This document shows, piece after piece, positions 14,350 through 27,091 of a stretch of DNA of 64,000 nt; the first letter of the stretch is position 1; every line of letters starts with the position of its first letter. The notes beneath the pieces are model-generated. The model made no database searches. It saw only the letters and a list, made by a program, of their open reading frames with translations, and was not told the DNA's origin. A program made the translations under genes and the position numbers. Origin of the DNA: Geosiphon pyriformis uo1 (taxonomy: Eukaryota; Fungi; Glomeromycota); NCBI GenBank assembly GCA_016748015.1, contig JAAOMT010000495.1, forward strand, positions 271,741 to 335,740, in the 5' to 3' direction.

Positions 14350-16525
14350 AATTTTATAATTACAATCAGAACAAAGAGTAAAAAAGCTGTATTTAATATT
14401 TCTTTTAAAATATCTAATAAAGTTTCAATTAAGAAAGTTTTTTTTATTGTAAAAGCAGCTAAACAAAACATTTTAAAAGCTTTTTTCTTAAATAATAGTA
14501 ATAAAAAACTGTTTTTGATGATTATTAAAGCATTTTTCTCATTTTTAACTGGTTTTTTAGTTAAAATTCTTTAAAATTTTTTAATAATAAACTAGTTAAC
14601 AAGCTGGTTTTCTTAATTATTATTGTTATACTTAATATTATTAGCATTATTTCTTTAAAAATAACCAAAAAACCAAAAATTCCAAAAAGCAAATGCAATT
14701 ATTTGCTTCTGTTATTATTATATCAAATTTTTTTGTGGTTTTAGTTAAAATTTTAAATGAAATTTTTATTGTATTATTTAATATATTATTCAAAATAGGC
14801 CAAAATTAACCATTGGCTATATTATTAAATATAATATTTTCTAATAGATTCTTACTAATTTTAAAAGCAAACCAACAGTTTTTTGTTAAGTTACCTGTTT
14901 TTAAAAACTGGTATAATTAAATAAAAACCAATTTATTATCACTTTCTTTAATTTTTGGTACTGTTATTAGTGGTACTTAAAAAATTATTACTGGTTATTA
15001 AAGATTTATTAAATAGATAATCTCTATTTTAGTGCTTAATACAACTTTTAAGATTAAATTGGCTTATATTAAGACTGTTTTTCAGTCTGTACATAGTTTT
15101 TTGAATGCAAAATTGGTATTAAAAGACAATATAATACTCTTTTTTATAAAGTTTGCTTCTTAAAAATCTTTAAAAACTGTTTTTTTGGTTAAACTTACAA
15201 GCTTTATTTATTTGGCTACTCTTAAAATTGCCAAATTTTTGGTGGTTTCTGAAACTGGTTTTTTTTGCTATTATTGTATTGTATAATATGTCTTTGAATA
15301 TGTTTGTTACTAATATTAAGACAATACTTAGTGAATTTAATAAGATTATTCATATTGTGCTAAAAACTATTAGTGTTTAACAATATGTTGTTGTTTATTT
15401 TAAAAAGTTAGATGCTATTGTGTTTGTTTTAAATTATTAATTAGTATTAGTGGATAAAAATAGTGTTAAGATTTTCTTTTTAATAAATTAAAATAAGACT
15501 ATTTTGTCTTATAATAGATTTAAAACCAAGTTGGTTAACTTTTCTTCTGGTTGTATTGTATTTTAAACTTGTTTTATTTTTTATTTTTCTGATTTTAGCT
15601 GTTATTCTTAATTTATTTTGGTTATATTTGAATTTTAAGCTGATTTAAATGCTACTTTGTTAAAACTAGCACTTTAAAAAAATGTTATATCTGATAAAAA
15701 ACTTCTGAAAATTGGTACTGTTTTAGATACTAAGATTCAAATTATTTGGTAGTTGATTTTAAAGTATTTTTACTCTTTTTTCTTAAGATTTTCAAGGTTT
15801 TATTTTTCATGTTTTTGTTATTAAGTTTTATATTAAAGCTATTGCTTCTGTGTCTTTTTTAGTTTCTGATTTTTTAGTTGATTTTGTTTTTTTTGTTAAT
15901 ATAATAACTGGTAATTTTGTAGTTTTTTTTTAGTTGGCCATTTTGGAATTTGATTTGGCCAAGCTTTTTGTTCTGATTAAGTTTATTATTAAGCCAATAA
16001 GTTTTTTGATTACAATGTTTGAACAATTTGTGAATAATAATTTGGTTTTAAGTAATATATTTAACTTTAAAGTTAATAAAGTTTTGGTATATATGAGTAT
16101 TTTTAACAAAGTTATTGAAAAGCTAAAACAGAAAATAGTGGTATTAAAGACTAAGTGTGATTAAAATAACATTAATTTGTTTAATTTATATATAGATTTG
16201 TTTACTGTTAATAATAATATGTTTTCTAATTTAATGTTTCTGTGAAAATATAAGTTTGCTAGTATTAAAACTAATATCTTGAAAACTGTTAAATAACTGG
16301 TTAAATTAATTTATAATAGTGTTATATTATTTAAAGTTATTTAAAGAATGTTTTTTTTTAATAGATTTTTTTTTAAAGTATTAACATAATATTGCTTTTA
16401 TTGGTCTAAGTAACTAGTTATATGTAAAAAACACATAAATTATGTCTAGTTAGAACTTTTAGTTTTAGTTCTATATATTAGATAGTGATTAGATTATATT
16501 TATAAAACTTTAATAAAAAAAAAAA
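14350..16525 (+). mobile_element. ORF1-only (HAL1-like) non-autonomous retroposon, near full-length, strongly eroded
   Basis: One ~2 kb degenerate ORF with ORF1-like blocks (V*QYVVVYF...Y*LVLVDKNSVKI, versus LINE MWQKAVVEF...WSFLIGKDSV), an eroded CCHC (CFRY*DSNYLVVDF ~15718) and a coiled-coil-like segment (15934-16164). Directly followed by the LINE-type 3' UTR (~16390-16515) and poly-A. No ORF2. Confidence 0.75.
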
Positions 16526-17569
16526 TAATAATTAAATTATATCTAATTATGTTTATTTTAAAATATATTTTGGTTTTTAATAATATATTAATAAGTTTAA
16601 ATAGTTAAATAACTTTAAATACTTATGTTATTAAATTAAATTTATTATTGCTAAATTTTTATAATTATTTTTAATTAAAAAAATAACATATAATAAATAT
16701 TATAAATAATAAAAAACTTAATATAATTTAATTTAAAATATAAATTAGATTTATATATAGTTTTTAAATTTACAAATAAGTTTTTGGCTAATTTGTATAT
16801 TTATATTATAAAAATAGTACATAAAAAATTGTTTGTTGTAATTAAAAAACAATTTATAAAAAGTTTTATTTTAGTATTTTGTGTTTATATTATAAAAAAA
16901 TAAAAATTTTAAATTATATATTTATATATTTATATATAAACATTTATAAAAAACCATTAGATATTTATATTACTTTTTAGTAGTTTTATTAAATAGTATA
17001 ATATATTTAATATTGTTAAAATATTTGATATATTTTTTAAATTATATAAATTATTTTTTTGATTTAAATAATAATGTTATAATTAAAATATGGCTTTAAT
17101 TAGCTCAAATAGCTAGTTATATATATATATAAAGTAAATTATGTTTAAAATATTTATATATTATATTATATTAAATAGTAATTAAACTTTATTTACTAAT
17201 ACAATAATAAAAAATTTTTGTTTTAAATATTAAAAAAACAAATGTTTTTATGTTTTTTTTTTTATATTATTTTAATTATTTTAATAAAAATATATGCATA
17301 TTTTCAATTTAAATAAGCATATAATTATTTTTTTAATATTTTAATATTGATAAAATAACTATTTTTTATTTATATTATTAAAAAAATACTAAATATTTCA
17401 CAAATTTTTGGAATTTGTATACATTAATTTTTTTGTAATTTAAGTATTTTTTTTTAAGGCTAAATATATATTAAATATTGTAAAATTAAAACCAAATCTT
17501 TTTCAAAAAAGTAAAAAAACTGTTTTTTATTTAAATAAAACATATTATAAATTTAATTTATAATTAAAA

Positions 17570-17660
17570 GATATAGATAGATATTTACATGTAAAAAATA
17601 CATAAGTTATGTTTATTATAAAACAGATATATGTTGGATATACTCAATAAACATAAAAAA
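17570..17660 (+). repeat. Eroded remnant of the shared LINE/HAL 3' tail
   Basis: tttacatgtaaaaaatacataagttatgttta...ctcaataaacataaaaaa resembles the family tail and poly-A. Confidence 0.45.
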
Positions 17661-18361
17661 CCCTATCAGTTGGGAAATTTTATTTCCTCGCATATATAAT
17701 AAAATGTATATTTAATTAAATATTTTTTTTAATAATTTTTAATTATTTATAACAATTTTAAACTTTTTAAATTAATCAGATTTTTAATTTTGATAGCATT
17801 TTAATTTAAAATATAAAAAATTAAATTGTTAAATTGTTAAATTGTTAAGTATTTATAATTAAATAACTTTCTTAATGTAGAAAATAATGTAAAATTTCAA
17901 GTTTTTTATAAATATAGTATTGATTGTAATAAAATCTTAAATTTACATAATTAATATTTAAAATATAAATATAATTAGTTGTTAAATATTTGAATTAAGT
18001 ATATTTATATTTTTTATTCTTGTTATAATAAAATTATTTGATTGATCGGAATTTCTATTCACTATTAACTAAGAGTATTCAAAAAAAAATTTATGATACA
18101 CGACCACTACGCAAAATTAAAGAAGCTCGTAGAATCAACTGGAAAATCTAGATCTTTCAAGATCTTTTCATTACTCTTAACTAATTGGCTGATTTTTTAA
18201 ACTGCGCTGTAAGGATAAATTATAATTTTAATAATAAAAGGAAGCTTCGAATGATAGCTGTAAAAGGTTATCAACATCATTAGCGTGCTTAGCATGCTCT
18301 TCGTTTTTTATTAAATATAACTTTTTTTCAATCCAAAAGTTAAAACTTGAATATTTTTACA

Positions 18362-21276
18362 ATGTCTGTCGTAGGTAAGCGCATTTTGGCTCGTTTGTTA
18401 GGTCCCTTTTAGGTCTCGGGTTTGGTTTTGTTGACTTATATTTTTTTAGGTCTTGATTTTGGAAACCTTCGGTCGGTGATCGCTGTCGCGCGAAACCGTG
18501 GCATTGATGTTGTTTGTAACGAGGTCTCCAACCGAGCTACACCGTGAGTTTTCCTTAATAAATCTTGATTTAATATTGTCATAATTTTCACATCATTATT
18601 AAGCGGAGAATTTAAGTTTGATAACACTTTTCTTTCATAGAGATCATATCAATTTTTAAAAGCATATTTTATTTTTAGGGGTACTCTAATAATATGACTT
18701 AATTCGATTTTTTTCATTATTCTTAGGTCTCTTGTTTCTTTTGGTCCCAAACAGAGATACTTGGGAGAGGCTGCTAAAACCCAAGAAATCTCAAATTTTC
18801 ATCACACAGTTGGTTCTTTAAAACGACTTGCTGGACGGTCTTTTAACGACAAGGAAATCCAAGAAATTGAGAAACAATATATCAATGCCGAATTGGTTGA
18901 TGAGAAGGGACAAATTGGTGCCAAGGTCAGATAATACCTAACACCTTACATGAATATCGTAGATCATCTATGAATCTGGAAATTTAATCTTTACTGTTTA
19001 ACTTAGGTTCAATACCTTGGTGAAACGCGTGTATTCACGGCTACTCAATTAGTTGCCATGTATTTCACAAAGCTTGCAGAAATCGCATCAACAGAGCTTA
19101 AGATTCCAATCTCTGACGTTGTGATCTCTGTCCCTGCATGGTTTACTGATGCTCAACGCCGTAGTATTCTAGATGGTTCAGAAATTGCGGGTTTAAATTG
19201 TTTGCGCTTAATCCACGAGACTACTGCCATTGCTTTGGGTTATGGTATTACAAAAACAGATTTACCTGAGGATAAACCACGAAATGTCGTGTTTGTTGAC
19301 GTAGGACATTCTAGCTACAGCGTGGCGATTGCCAGCTTTGTTAAAGGTCAACTTGTGGTCAAAGCCACCGCCTCTGATCGAAATTTTGGTGGGCGTAACT
19401 TTGACCAAGTTCTCGTCGACCATTTTGCTGAAATATTCAAAGAAAAATATAACACCGATATTAAATCAAATCCAAAGGCCCTCTTTCGTCTCCGTGTCGG
19501 TTGTGAGAGAGCAAAGAAAGTTTTATCGGCAAACTCTCAGGCTCCCCTTAATGTGGAAAATGTGATGAACGACATTGACTTTAACTCGATGATCAAACGC
19601 GAAGAATTCGAAGAGCTATGCAAAGATCTTTTAGATCGTATAGAAATACCACTTGCACAGGCACTAGAAGAAGCAGGCCTTAATAAGGAAGATATTCATT
19701 CTATCGAGGTGGTTGGTGGTTCCATACGTGTCCCTGCCATCAAAGAACGACTCTCCCAATTCTTTGGGAAAGAGTTGAACTTTACTCTTAACCAAGATGA
19801 AGCCGTTGCTCGAGGTTGTGCTTTTCTGTGTGCCATTTTATCACCAGTCTTCAAAGTACGAGAATTTGGTGTACAAGATGTTACTAGTTATCCAATCAAA
19901 ATTAAATGGGAAACTATCCCCGAGGTTCCTGATGAAGAATCAGAACTACTTGTCTTCCCTAAATTCAACACTATTCCGTCCACCAAAATATTAACCTTCC
20001 ATCGCAAGGAACCCTTTGACATCGAAGCTTATTACGCTGAGCCCGATAAAACCCCTGGAACCCAGTCTTGGATCGGAAGATTTTCAATTAAAAATGTTGT
20101 TCCGACAGAGAATGGGGATTTGAGTATTGTCAAAGTCAAGGCTAGGCTCAATGTTCATGGGGTTCTTTCTGTGGATAATGCTACAATTGTTGAGGAGATA
20201 ATTGAAGAGAAAGAAGAGCCCAAGGGGGATGAACCACAACCAATGGACACTAATCAAAATAACGACGAAGCCGCAAAAGTTCCAAGTCGTAATGTCAAAA
20301 AAGTCAAGAAAATCGTGAAAAAGGCCGAGCTACCAGTTGTCGCGGGTACTCCATCACTGGATAAATCGATTATCACACTTTATAGAGAACAAGAGGTCCA
20401 AATGATAGCTATTAACAAACTCGTAGCGGACACGGAAATACAAAAAAACGCACTTGAAGAATATGTATACGATACTCGTTCGAAACTCGACTCAAGTTAC
20501 GCTCAATATGTTGATTCTGGTGAGAAAGAAAACTTTTTAAATCTTTTGAATGAAACAGAAAATTGGTTATACGATGAAGGTGATGATGCCACAAAATCGA
20601 TATATGCTGGCAAACTTTCGAGCCTCAGAGAACACGGCAATCCGATTGCTAATCGATATCGAGAAGCCGAAGAGCGTCCCAAAGCAGAAAAGCAGTTGCG
20701 TGACAGCATACAGTCATTTATTTTGAGCGCAACTAGTAATGAAGAAAAATTCGCACATATTTCCGATCAAGAAAAGCAAAATGTTGTTGAAAAAGCGACT
20801 CAAGTTTTAAGTTGGCTGGATGAAAAAATTTTTGCTCAAAATCAATTACCGAAATATAAGGATCCAATTGTTTTAGCCCATGGAATTTCGAAAGAACGAG
20901 AGGTAGGCGCTAAATTGTTTTGATATATGATTTTATTAGAGATCTTGGTTTATTTTGGTATTTTTATAAAATCGTTCTTCACATTTTTTTTTAGGGGCTT
21001 GTGCAATATTGCTCTCCTATTATCTTGAGGTTAGTAAAAAAAATCAAGGGAAACCTTTAACCATTTTGAGATTTAATACCTTACTATTGTCATTTTAGGC
21101 CCAAACCTAAACCAGAACCTAAACCAGAACCAAAACCTGCAGAGACTCCAGCTACTCCGGCGCCAGAAACACCAGTAGGTGGTTCTCAAGGTACTCCTCA
21201 AGAAACCGCGGCAACTCCTCAACCAGAAACACCAGTTACACAAAATGATGATAGAAAGGATATGGATGTTGATTAG
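18362..21276 (+). CDS. SSE1: Hsp110 / Hsp70-family nucleotide exchange factor (Sse1/Hsp88); 6 exons: 18362-18374, 18450-18543, 18727-18925, 19007-20902, 20995-21029, 21099-21276
   Basis: [59 protein letters not shown]-terminal MDVD. All introns GT-AG. Confidence 0.95.
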
Positions 21277-21675
21277 ACATTTCAGCATTTAATTGGAAGA
21301 CACGATTAAAGAAACAATAGGGAAATAAATAGAAAATTATTCAAGTGGTTACAGTTTTTAGACACTTATTAATGTATAATTTAGGAAATAAAATTTTTTG
21401 CCTTCACCGTTGACAGTGTCAAAAGCAAATCGAATAATATTTTGGGATAAATTTATCTGAAAAAGCTGCTTTACCGCAGTCGAATAAGGCGACCTCGGGA
21501 AATAAATGGTTGGGGGCATTATCCAAGCAAAGATAAATATTATGTTTATTTCTACCTGCGCTAATATTATCTTAAAACTTTAAATGACGCGTTTTGAAAT
21601 CCTGGGTAGGAGAGATCACAAAATGATATTTATCGGTTTACTATTTGCAAAGCACAATAAATTCCCCCTTGGGAT

Positions 21676-22568
21676 TTATGAGATTTGTTCCAATTCAACC
21701 AAAACACCACCACAGTCCTTGGGATGCAAAAATACTACCGGATTCCCATGGGCACCGATTTTTGGTACAGGATCCAGAACTCTTATATTTTGGGCTACAA
21801 GATTTTTGACGGCGTTTGTTACATTGTCGACCTTTAACAATTCCGAAAGTAAGCAAGGCTGTAAATTCATCAAATCAACTAATTGAAAGATTAAGTGTTT
21901 ATGTCAATAAGATACTGGTACCTCAATGCAAACATGATGAACACCACCACTTTTATTCTTGAGCAAAAAGCTGTGTATTGGGGATCGATCATTTATCTCA
22001 CCCAACAACTCAATTTTCGTGTTGCCTAAATTCACAAATACGGTATGAACGCCATGTTCTGGTAATGTCTAGCAAAATGAATCAATGATATTTTAAACAT
22101 GTTTTCAAGTGGGAAAATCTTATGATGCAATAATATTATCAAATAATATTTCTTACAACTTGCTCACTAACCGACCCAGCACCCATAATACATCGCCAAA
22201 AATAAGCCGATTTTTCAATATCTGGTACAGCGAATGCAACATGATTCAATCGGCCCAGTTTCCATACTAAATGATTCTGGTCACGATATTAAAAATTCAT
22301 AAATACGTATATATATATGAATGCCATTCTCTCGAATCCAATTCTTTCATTTGGGAAATCAGAGCCTTATGAAATATCCATTCAACGTTCAAATGTTAGT
22401 CCAAGGCATTACCTTTGGAATTCCGGTCTCAGTCTCGGACATGAATCCCCTTTGACCCAAAAATATCGTAAATGCCCCACTGCCAATTATCTGCGCCACA
22501 TATCTACCTCTTTGAACCGCAGCCGTAGTGGTTGTTAAACCCCTGGCAATATTACGTAAAAAAAACAT
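21676..22568 (-). CDS. MCEE: Methylmalonyl-CoA epimerase (VOC/glyoxalase fold), mitochondrial-type N-terminus; exons 22568-22413, 22276-22157, 22068-21922, 21831-21676
   Basis: Spliced product WKLGRLNHVAFAVPD...LPEHGVHTVFVNLGNTKIELL...GGVHHVCIEVD...PKIGAHGNPVVFLHPKDCGGVLVELEQ. Arg-rich, acid-poor N-terminus. Confidence 0.93.
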
Positions 22569-23538
22569 CTTTGTCCGCAAGGCCAAAATTAATGGATACC
22601 AGAGAAATCTATGCGTTCAATTTATAGATATTTTGTGCCCTGAATTAGAAATTGACAATTGGGATATGTAGTTTCGTGCCCCAAAATCAAAATATCAATG
22701 TGATTCATTCGAAAATTATGTCATTAGTAAAATCATGGAGGGGTTAAATATTTCTCGGTTAACTTTTCATTCTTTGGCCTGATATACCCGTTATATAGAA
22801 ATTTTCATATAGTATAACCGCAATAGGATTCTGAAATTCAACTCAATAATTGAGATTTTTCAAAAACTGGTTTTAACGAAAGATCGAATCTATTGCAAGA
22901 TTATAAAATCAAAAGGGGGATTACCTGACGCTTTGGCATTAGTGATTGCCTTCCGCGTGGCTTGAGAACCCCACATTTTTTTCATGAAATGCCATTCATA
23001 CTTTAACGAATGTTTATTTTTCTTATCCTAAAATGGGTAACTGCCGTATAACATGATAAAAGATACCCGAACGGAAATTTTCGAGAGTTTTCAAGGTACA
23101 CTGAATGGAAACTTGCCAGTATGTACCATCAGTAAATTTAATAGGAATTCTTTGGTTAACCCTTGATGTTGAATTATAATTTTTTTTTAAAAAGTAACAC
23201 TTAATTATAGTGATTATGAAGATAACCAATTAAAAAGTAATTAATAAGAGTTTCAATCAAAAGAAGATGGGTTTCAGGGATTGAAAGTGTTCTTGTTTTG
23301 CGATTAAATGAAATAAAAATTCTTTGAGTAATATCTCCTACACTATTGAAAAATAAAGAATGAACCCAATTGATATGATCAATCCAAGCCTTCGGATAAT
23401 TGAAATAAATTCACCACTGGAGCAATTTACAATATATACTTCCAACCAAAACCAATCAAAAGATACTCGCAATCAAAATGTCAAACCAAACCCTAAGATT
23501 CAAAGCAAAGGTCTCAAGAACATCCCTCAAAAACATAT

Positions 23539-24405
23539 TTACATAAGGCTGCAACAAGCAGATTGATTACGATTCTTCAAATAGAAACTCTCATTGTCCC
23601 CATCAATTATATCCAGCTCAAATTGCGGCATCTTAACCACCCGTGCAATATGCGTGAATGCTGCCTCAACATTTATTCCTTCTTTCGCGCTGGCTTCAAA
23701 ACAAGAAATCTGCGTGGTACTTCCACTATATTTTTGTGCAAATTCTCGAATTCGTCTCTTTGGGACCTGCCTATCATTCAGATCAATCTTATTCCCTATA
23801 ACGATGAAGGGAAATTCTGAAGGATCAGATACACCAGAATGTTTAAGAAATTCGGCACGCCATCGCTCAAGGTTTTCAAATGTTATTAACTTATTGACAT
23901 CATAGACTAAAACGCAGGCATCAGCCCCTCTATAAAATGCCACCCCTAATGATTGGAAACGTTCTTGGCCTTAAAAATCACAAATAATTTAATGAATATT
24001 TTTTAATAAATGCTAGATTGATGGATTGATTTAATATTTTCCGGTTCTTACCAGCTGTATCCCAGATTTGTAAAATTACCTTTTTACCGTTTTCTCTTCG
24101 CACTTCCTTCGTTGTGAAATCAGCGCCTATTGTAGCTTTATAATTATTCAAAAACCGCTTATGTATAAACTAAAATTTAATAAAAGTTTGAGTTACCTAA
24201 ATAGTAAATCAGTTATGTGGATGCTGCCAAAATTTGAATGCTTACCTGATTCCTTAAACAAGTCTATGAGCGTCAAAACGTACATTAATTTTAGTAATTT
24301 TCTTGACGCGTCACTTCTTGAAGTAAAAGCATAAATAAGCAGAACACTCACCTTACCAACCCCACCATCCCCAATTAAAACAACTTTCAGTATCTCTTTG
24401 GGCAT
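23539..24405 (-). CDS. Rab7/Ypt7-like small GTPase; exons 24405-24352, 24263-24246, 24169-24052, 23969-23539
   Basis: [42 protein letters not shown], SAK motifs; C-terminal CCSLM. Confidence 0.9.
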
Positions 24406-24912
24406 TTGCAAATTACCAGCAAACTTTTGAGTTAAAATATATATTTTTGGAAAAAAACTCGTTAAAAGCAAGATTCGAGTTGCGTACAATTTGGCTAATT
24501 TTATTGGCAAATGACCAACTGCCACTCCTTTTACTTATTGTAAGCTTCTTAGAAATCTGAGCGAGTCTAGTACAAGCTGAACTTTTAAAGGTAAAAGGAT
24601 TAAACTGTCAAAAAGGAGACCCATTCTTTGAGTCTCCACTCATCAGGGCAGGATAGAATTTGCTCATCATTGCGTTGAACAAAAATTTATTTTACCCCAT
24701 GATATCATTTCCAAATTAAAATGGTATCGTGTGTTTCATTGCTTGTTTGACACTGACGTTTATTGAACGCCGTCATAATGGAATTTCGACTAAATTCCGA
24801 AATGTATGTAACGGTAATATTTCTGTACAGGAAATCTAATGCTGTTTTGTGTAGCTGTAAGTTGAAATTCAAAAATTAAATGTCAAAACTTAAAATATTA
24901 AATAAAATTGAG

Positions 24913-26250
24913 TTTTTTAAATGTGCTTTTAGCAAATATAAAATATTTATTTTTAATTTTTTTGCTATTAAAAATTATACCAGTTATAAATTAATTTAAT
25001 TACTGTACGCTTTTTACATGTGACCAGCCATCTAGCCTTACATCGAACACTACATTAATTTAGACAATCTTTTGCTTCTAATCTACTTATAAAGTAATTA
25101 ACATTCTTATTTTTTTTAACAAACCCACTTAGCCAGATTTTTGTTTTCTTCTTACTAAATTTAACATCTAAATCTTGAATTTTCCACAAGAACTAATGAT
25201 ATATTAAAAACACATATAAATAAAACATAACTGAATTTTTCATATATAGAACAGAAAAATAAATTCAATCTAGCCTATTTTAAGCTAGTACTCTTGAAGA
25301 CTAAAGTTATAGTCAAAACTATCATCAAGTTATTTTTGAACTTAAAGCAACACTTAACATATATATACATAATTTAATAATAATTAATTAGACAAGTTTT
25401 TTTATTGATAGAATTCATAAAATCTCACAAATTATGTACTGTTGCTCTTATTAACAAAGTATAAAATAAAGCTTTATGCATATTTCTGGTGTTTTATAAT
25501 ATTTTGTCTATATTAATTCTAATTATACAAACAGTATTTTTTTTAATAAAAATAAACTACTTAAACATTAAAAAATTAATCTGATTTTAATTATTAAATT
25601 TTATTACAGTCTTTTGTTACAGTTTTATTAGTTGTATCTTAATTATTTTAATATTACCAAATTTGGTTAATACAACATGTATAGTTTTTATTGATGTTTT
25701 TATTGTAATTTTTTTAATTACTACAGTTTAATTTATCTAAGTGTTTATTAAATACTTGAAATTATTGTTTATCTTTAATTTATTAATTTTAGCCAATTTT
25801 ATAATTTTTATTATATTAAATTTAGAAGTAAAAATTACACAAATAATCTTACCAAATTTTGAAAAAATAAATGTTTTTCCAAAACTATTTATACTAAAAA
25901 ATAATTTTTTTATTAATTTCAATTTATTTTAATAAAATTTTTTATTTACAACTAAAAAATTAACATTTAAAGCAAATAATTTACAAACAAAAACATTAAT
26001 AAAAATTTTTAAAAATAAGAAAAAAAATAAATTTATCTAAAATATTATTGTTATTATTATTAACATCAAAATTAATCTTATTAAAAAGTTTTTTAAAAAC
26101 ACATATTGTTATAATTTTTGGACTTTTAAAAATTATATTTATATATTTTAAAACCAAATTTATTTTTATTGTTAAGCTAAAAGTTAATTTTTTTTATCAA
26201 ATATTTTTTTATATTTATATTATTACTTATAAAGTAAAACAAAAAAAATA
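24913..26250 (-). mobile_element. Short ORF1-only retroposon (divergent HAL1-like subfamily, probably internally deleted)
   Basis: ORF1-like blocks (KKLFFSINSFGKTFIFSKFGKIICVIFTS; eroded knuckle CSIYEKFSYVLFIC), then FLWKIQDLDVKFSKKKTKIWLSGFV, a stop, and tail tagtgttcgatgtaaggctagatggctggtcacatgtaaaaagcgt (25052-25006) with short poly-A. 5' boundary approximate. Confidence 0.65.
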
Positions 26251-26763
26251 ATAGAAAAATATAGTATAATTAGCTAATAGAATAGTATAAAATTACTAAA
26301 AATATGTAATATTAAAAATAATAATAATAATTTTAAGAATTTAAAAATGTTAAAAATTTTAGCAATAATTTTAAAAAAAAGAAATTTTATATTATAAAAA
26401 TTTATATATATATAGTAATATCTATAAAAACAAGTTTAATAGAATTTTTATTTAAGTAATTTTAACAGTTAAAAATCTAATACTTAAAATAAACATTTAT
26501 AAAATAAAAATTGTTATTATTAAATTATTTAATATTCAATTTTTATGAATTTATTTCTATTGTATTAAAAATTATTTACTTCTAAATTAATATTAATAGT
26601 ATTATTACAATTACATTAATTATATTAAAACAATAATTTTTAATTTTATGTAAAAAAATTTGATTTTTAACTTTAATTTATTAATAACAAATAATAGTTT
26701 GTTATTATGCTGTTTTTTTGTTAAGCTTAAAAATATTTAATATAAGTAGTTATAATTTATGAT

Positions 26764-27091
26764 ATGGAAAGGGTAAGCTTAATTGGTAATGATGGTTTGG
26801 TGTTGGGTCTTTCACATTGTGTGTCTTCTTTGCTTTCAGATGGAGTGGTCAGGTTGCTTAGTATTGTGGAGTCTTTTGCTGTAAGTTTCAGCCATTATAA
26901 GTCTTGTCCTTTTTTTTCTGGTTTGGATGGTAATCTGTGTGTTAATTTAGGTGTGTAGTGTTGCTTTGTTTGGTCTGAGTGATTAGTTACATGTAAAAAA
27001 TACATGAATCACATTTAGTTTGAGCCACTTAGTCTGGTTCTATGTACTAAGTAGTGGTTGGGCTTTGCTTGTTAAATTTGTAATAAAAAAA
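26764..27091 (+). mobile_element. 5'-truncated LINE copy (ORF2 C-terminus, 3' UTR, poly-A)
   Basis: MERVSLIGNDGLVLGLS..GVVRLL..SFAVSF..CPFFSGL..V* matches the ORF2 end of copy 4, followed by the family tail and poly-A. Confidence 0.88.

Noticed and set aside
18362-24405. Functional gene cluster of SSE1, MCEE and Rab7-like (or the 55-63 kb island)
   Set aside because: Unrelated housekeeping functions; no evidence of co-regulation.
25737-26251. K/I/F/N-rich ORFs (also 53609-53848) as membrane or organellar genes
   Set aside because: The composition reflects A/T erosion of TE sequence; no mitochondrial gene motifs.
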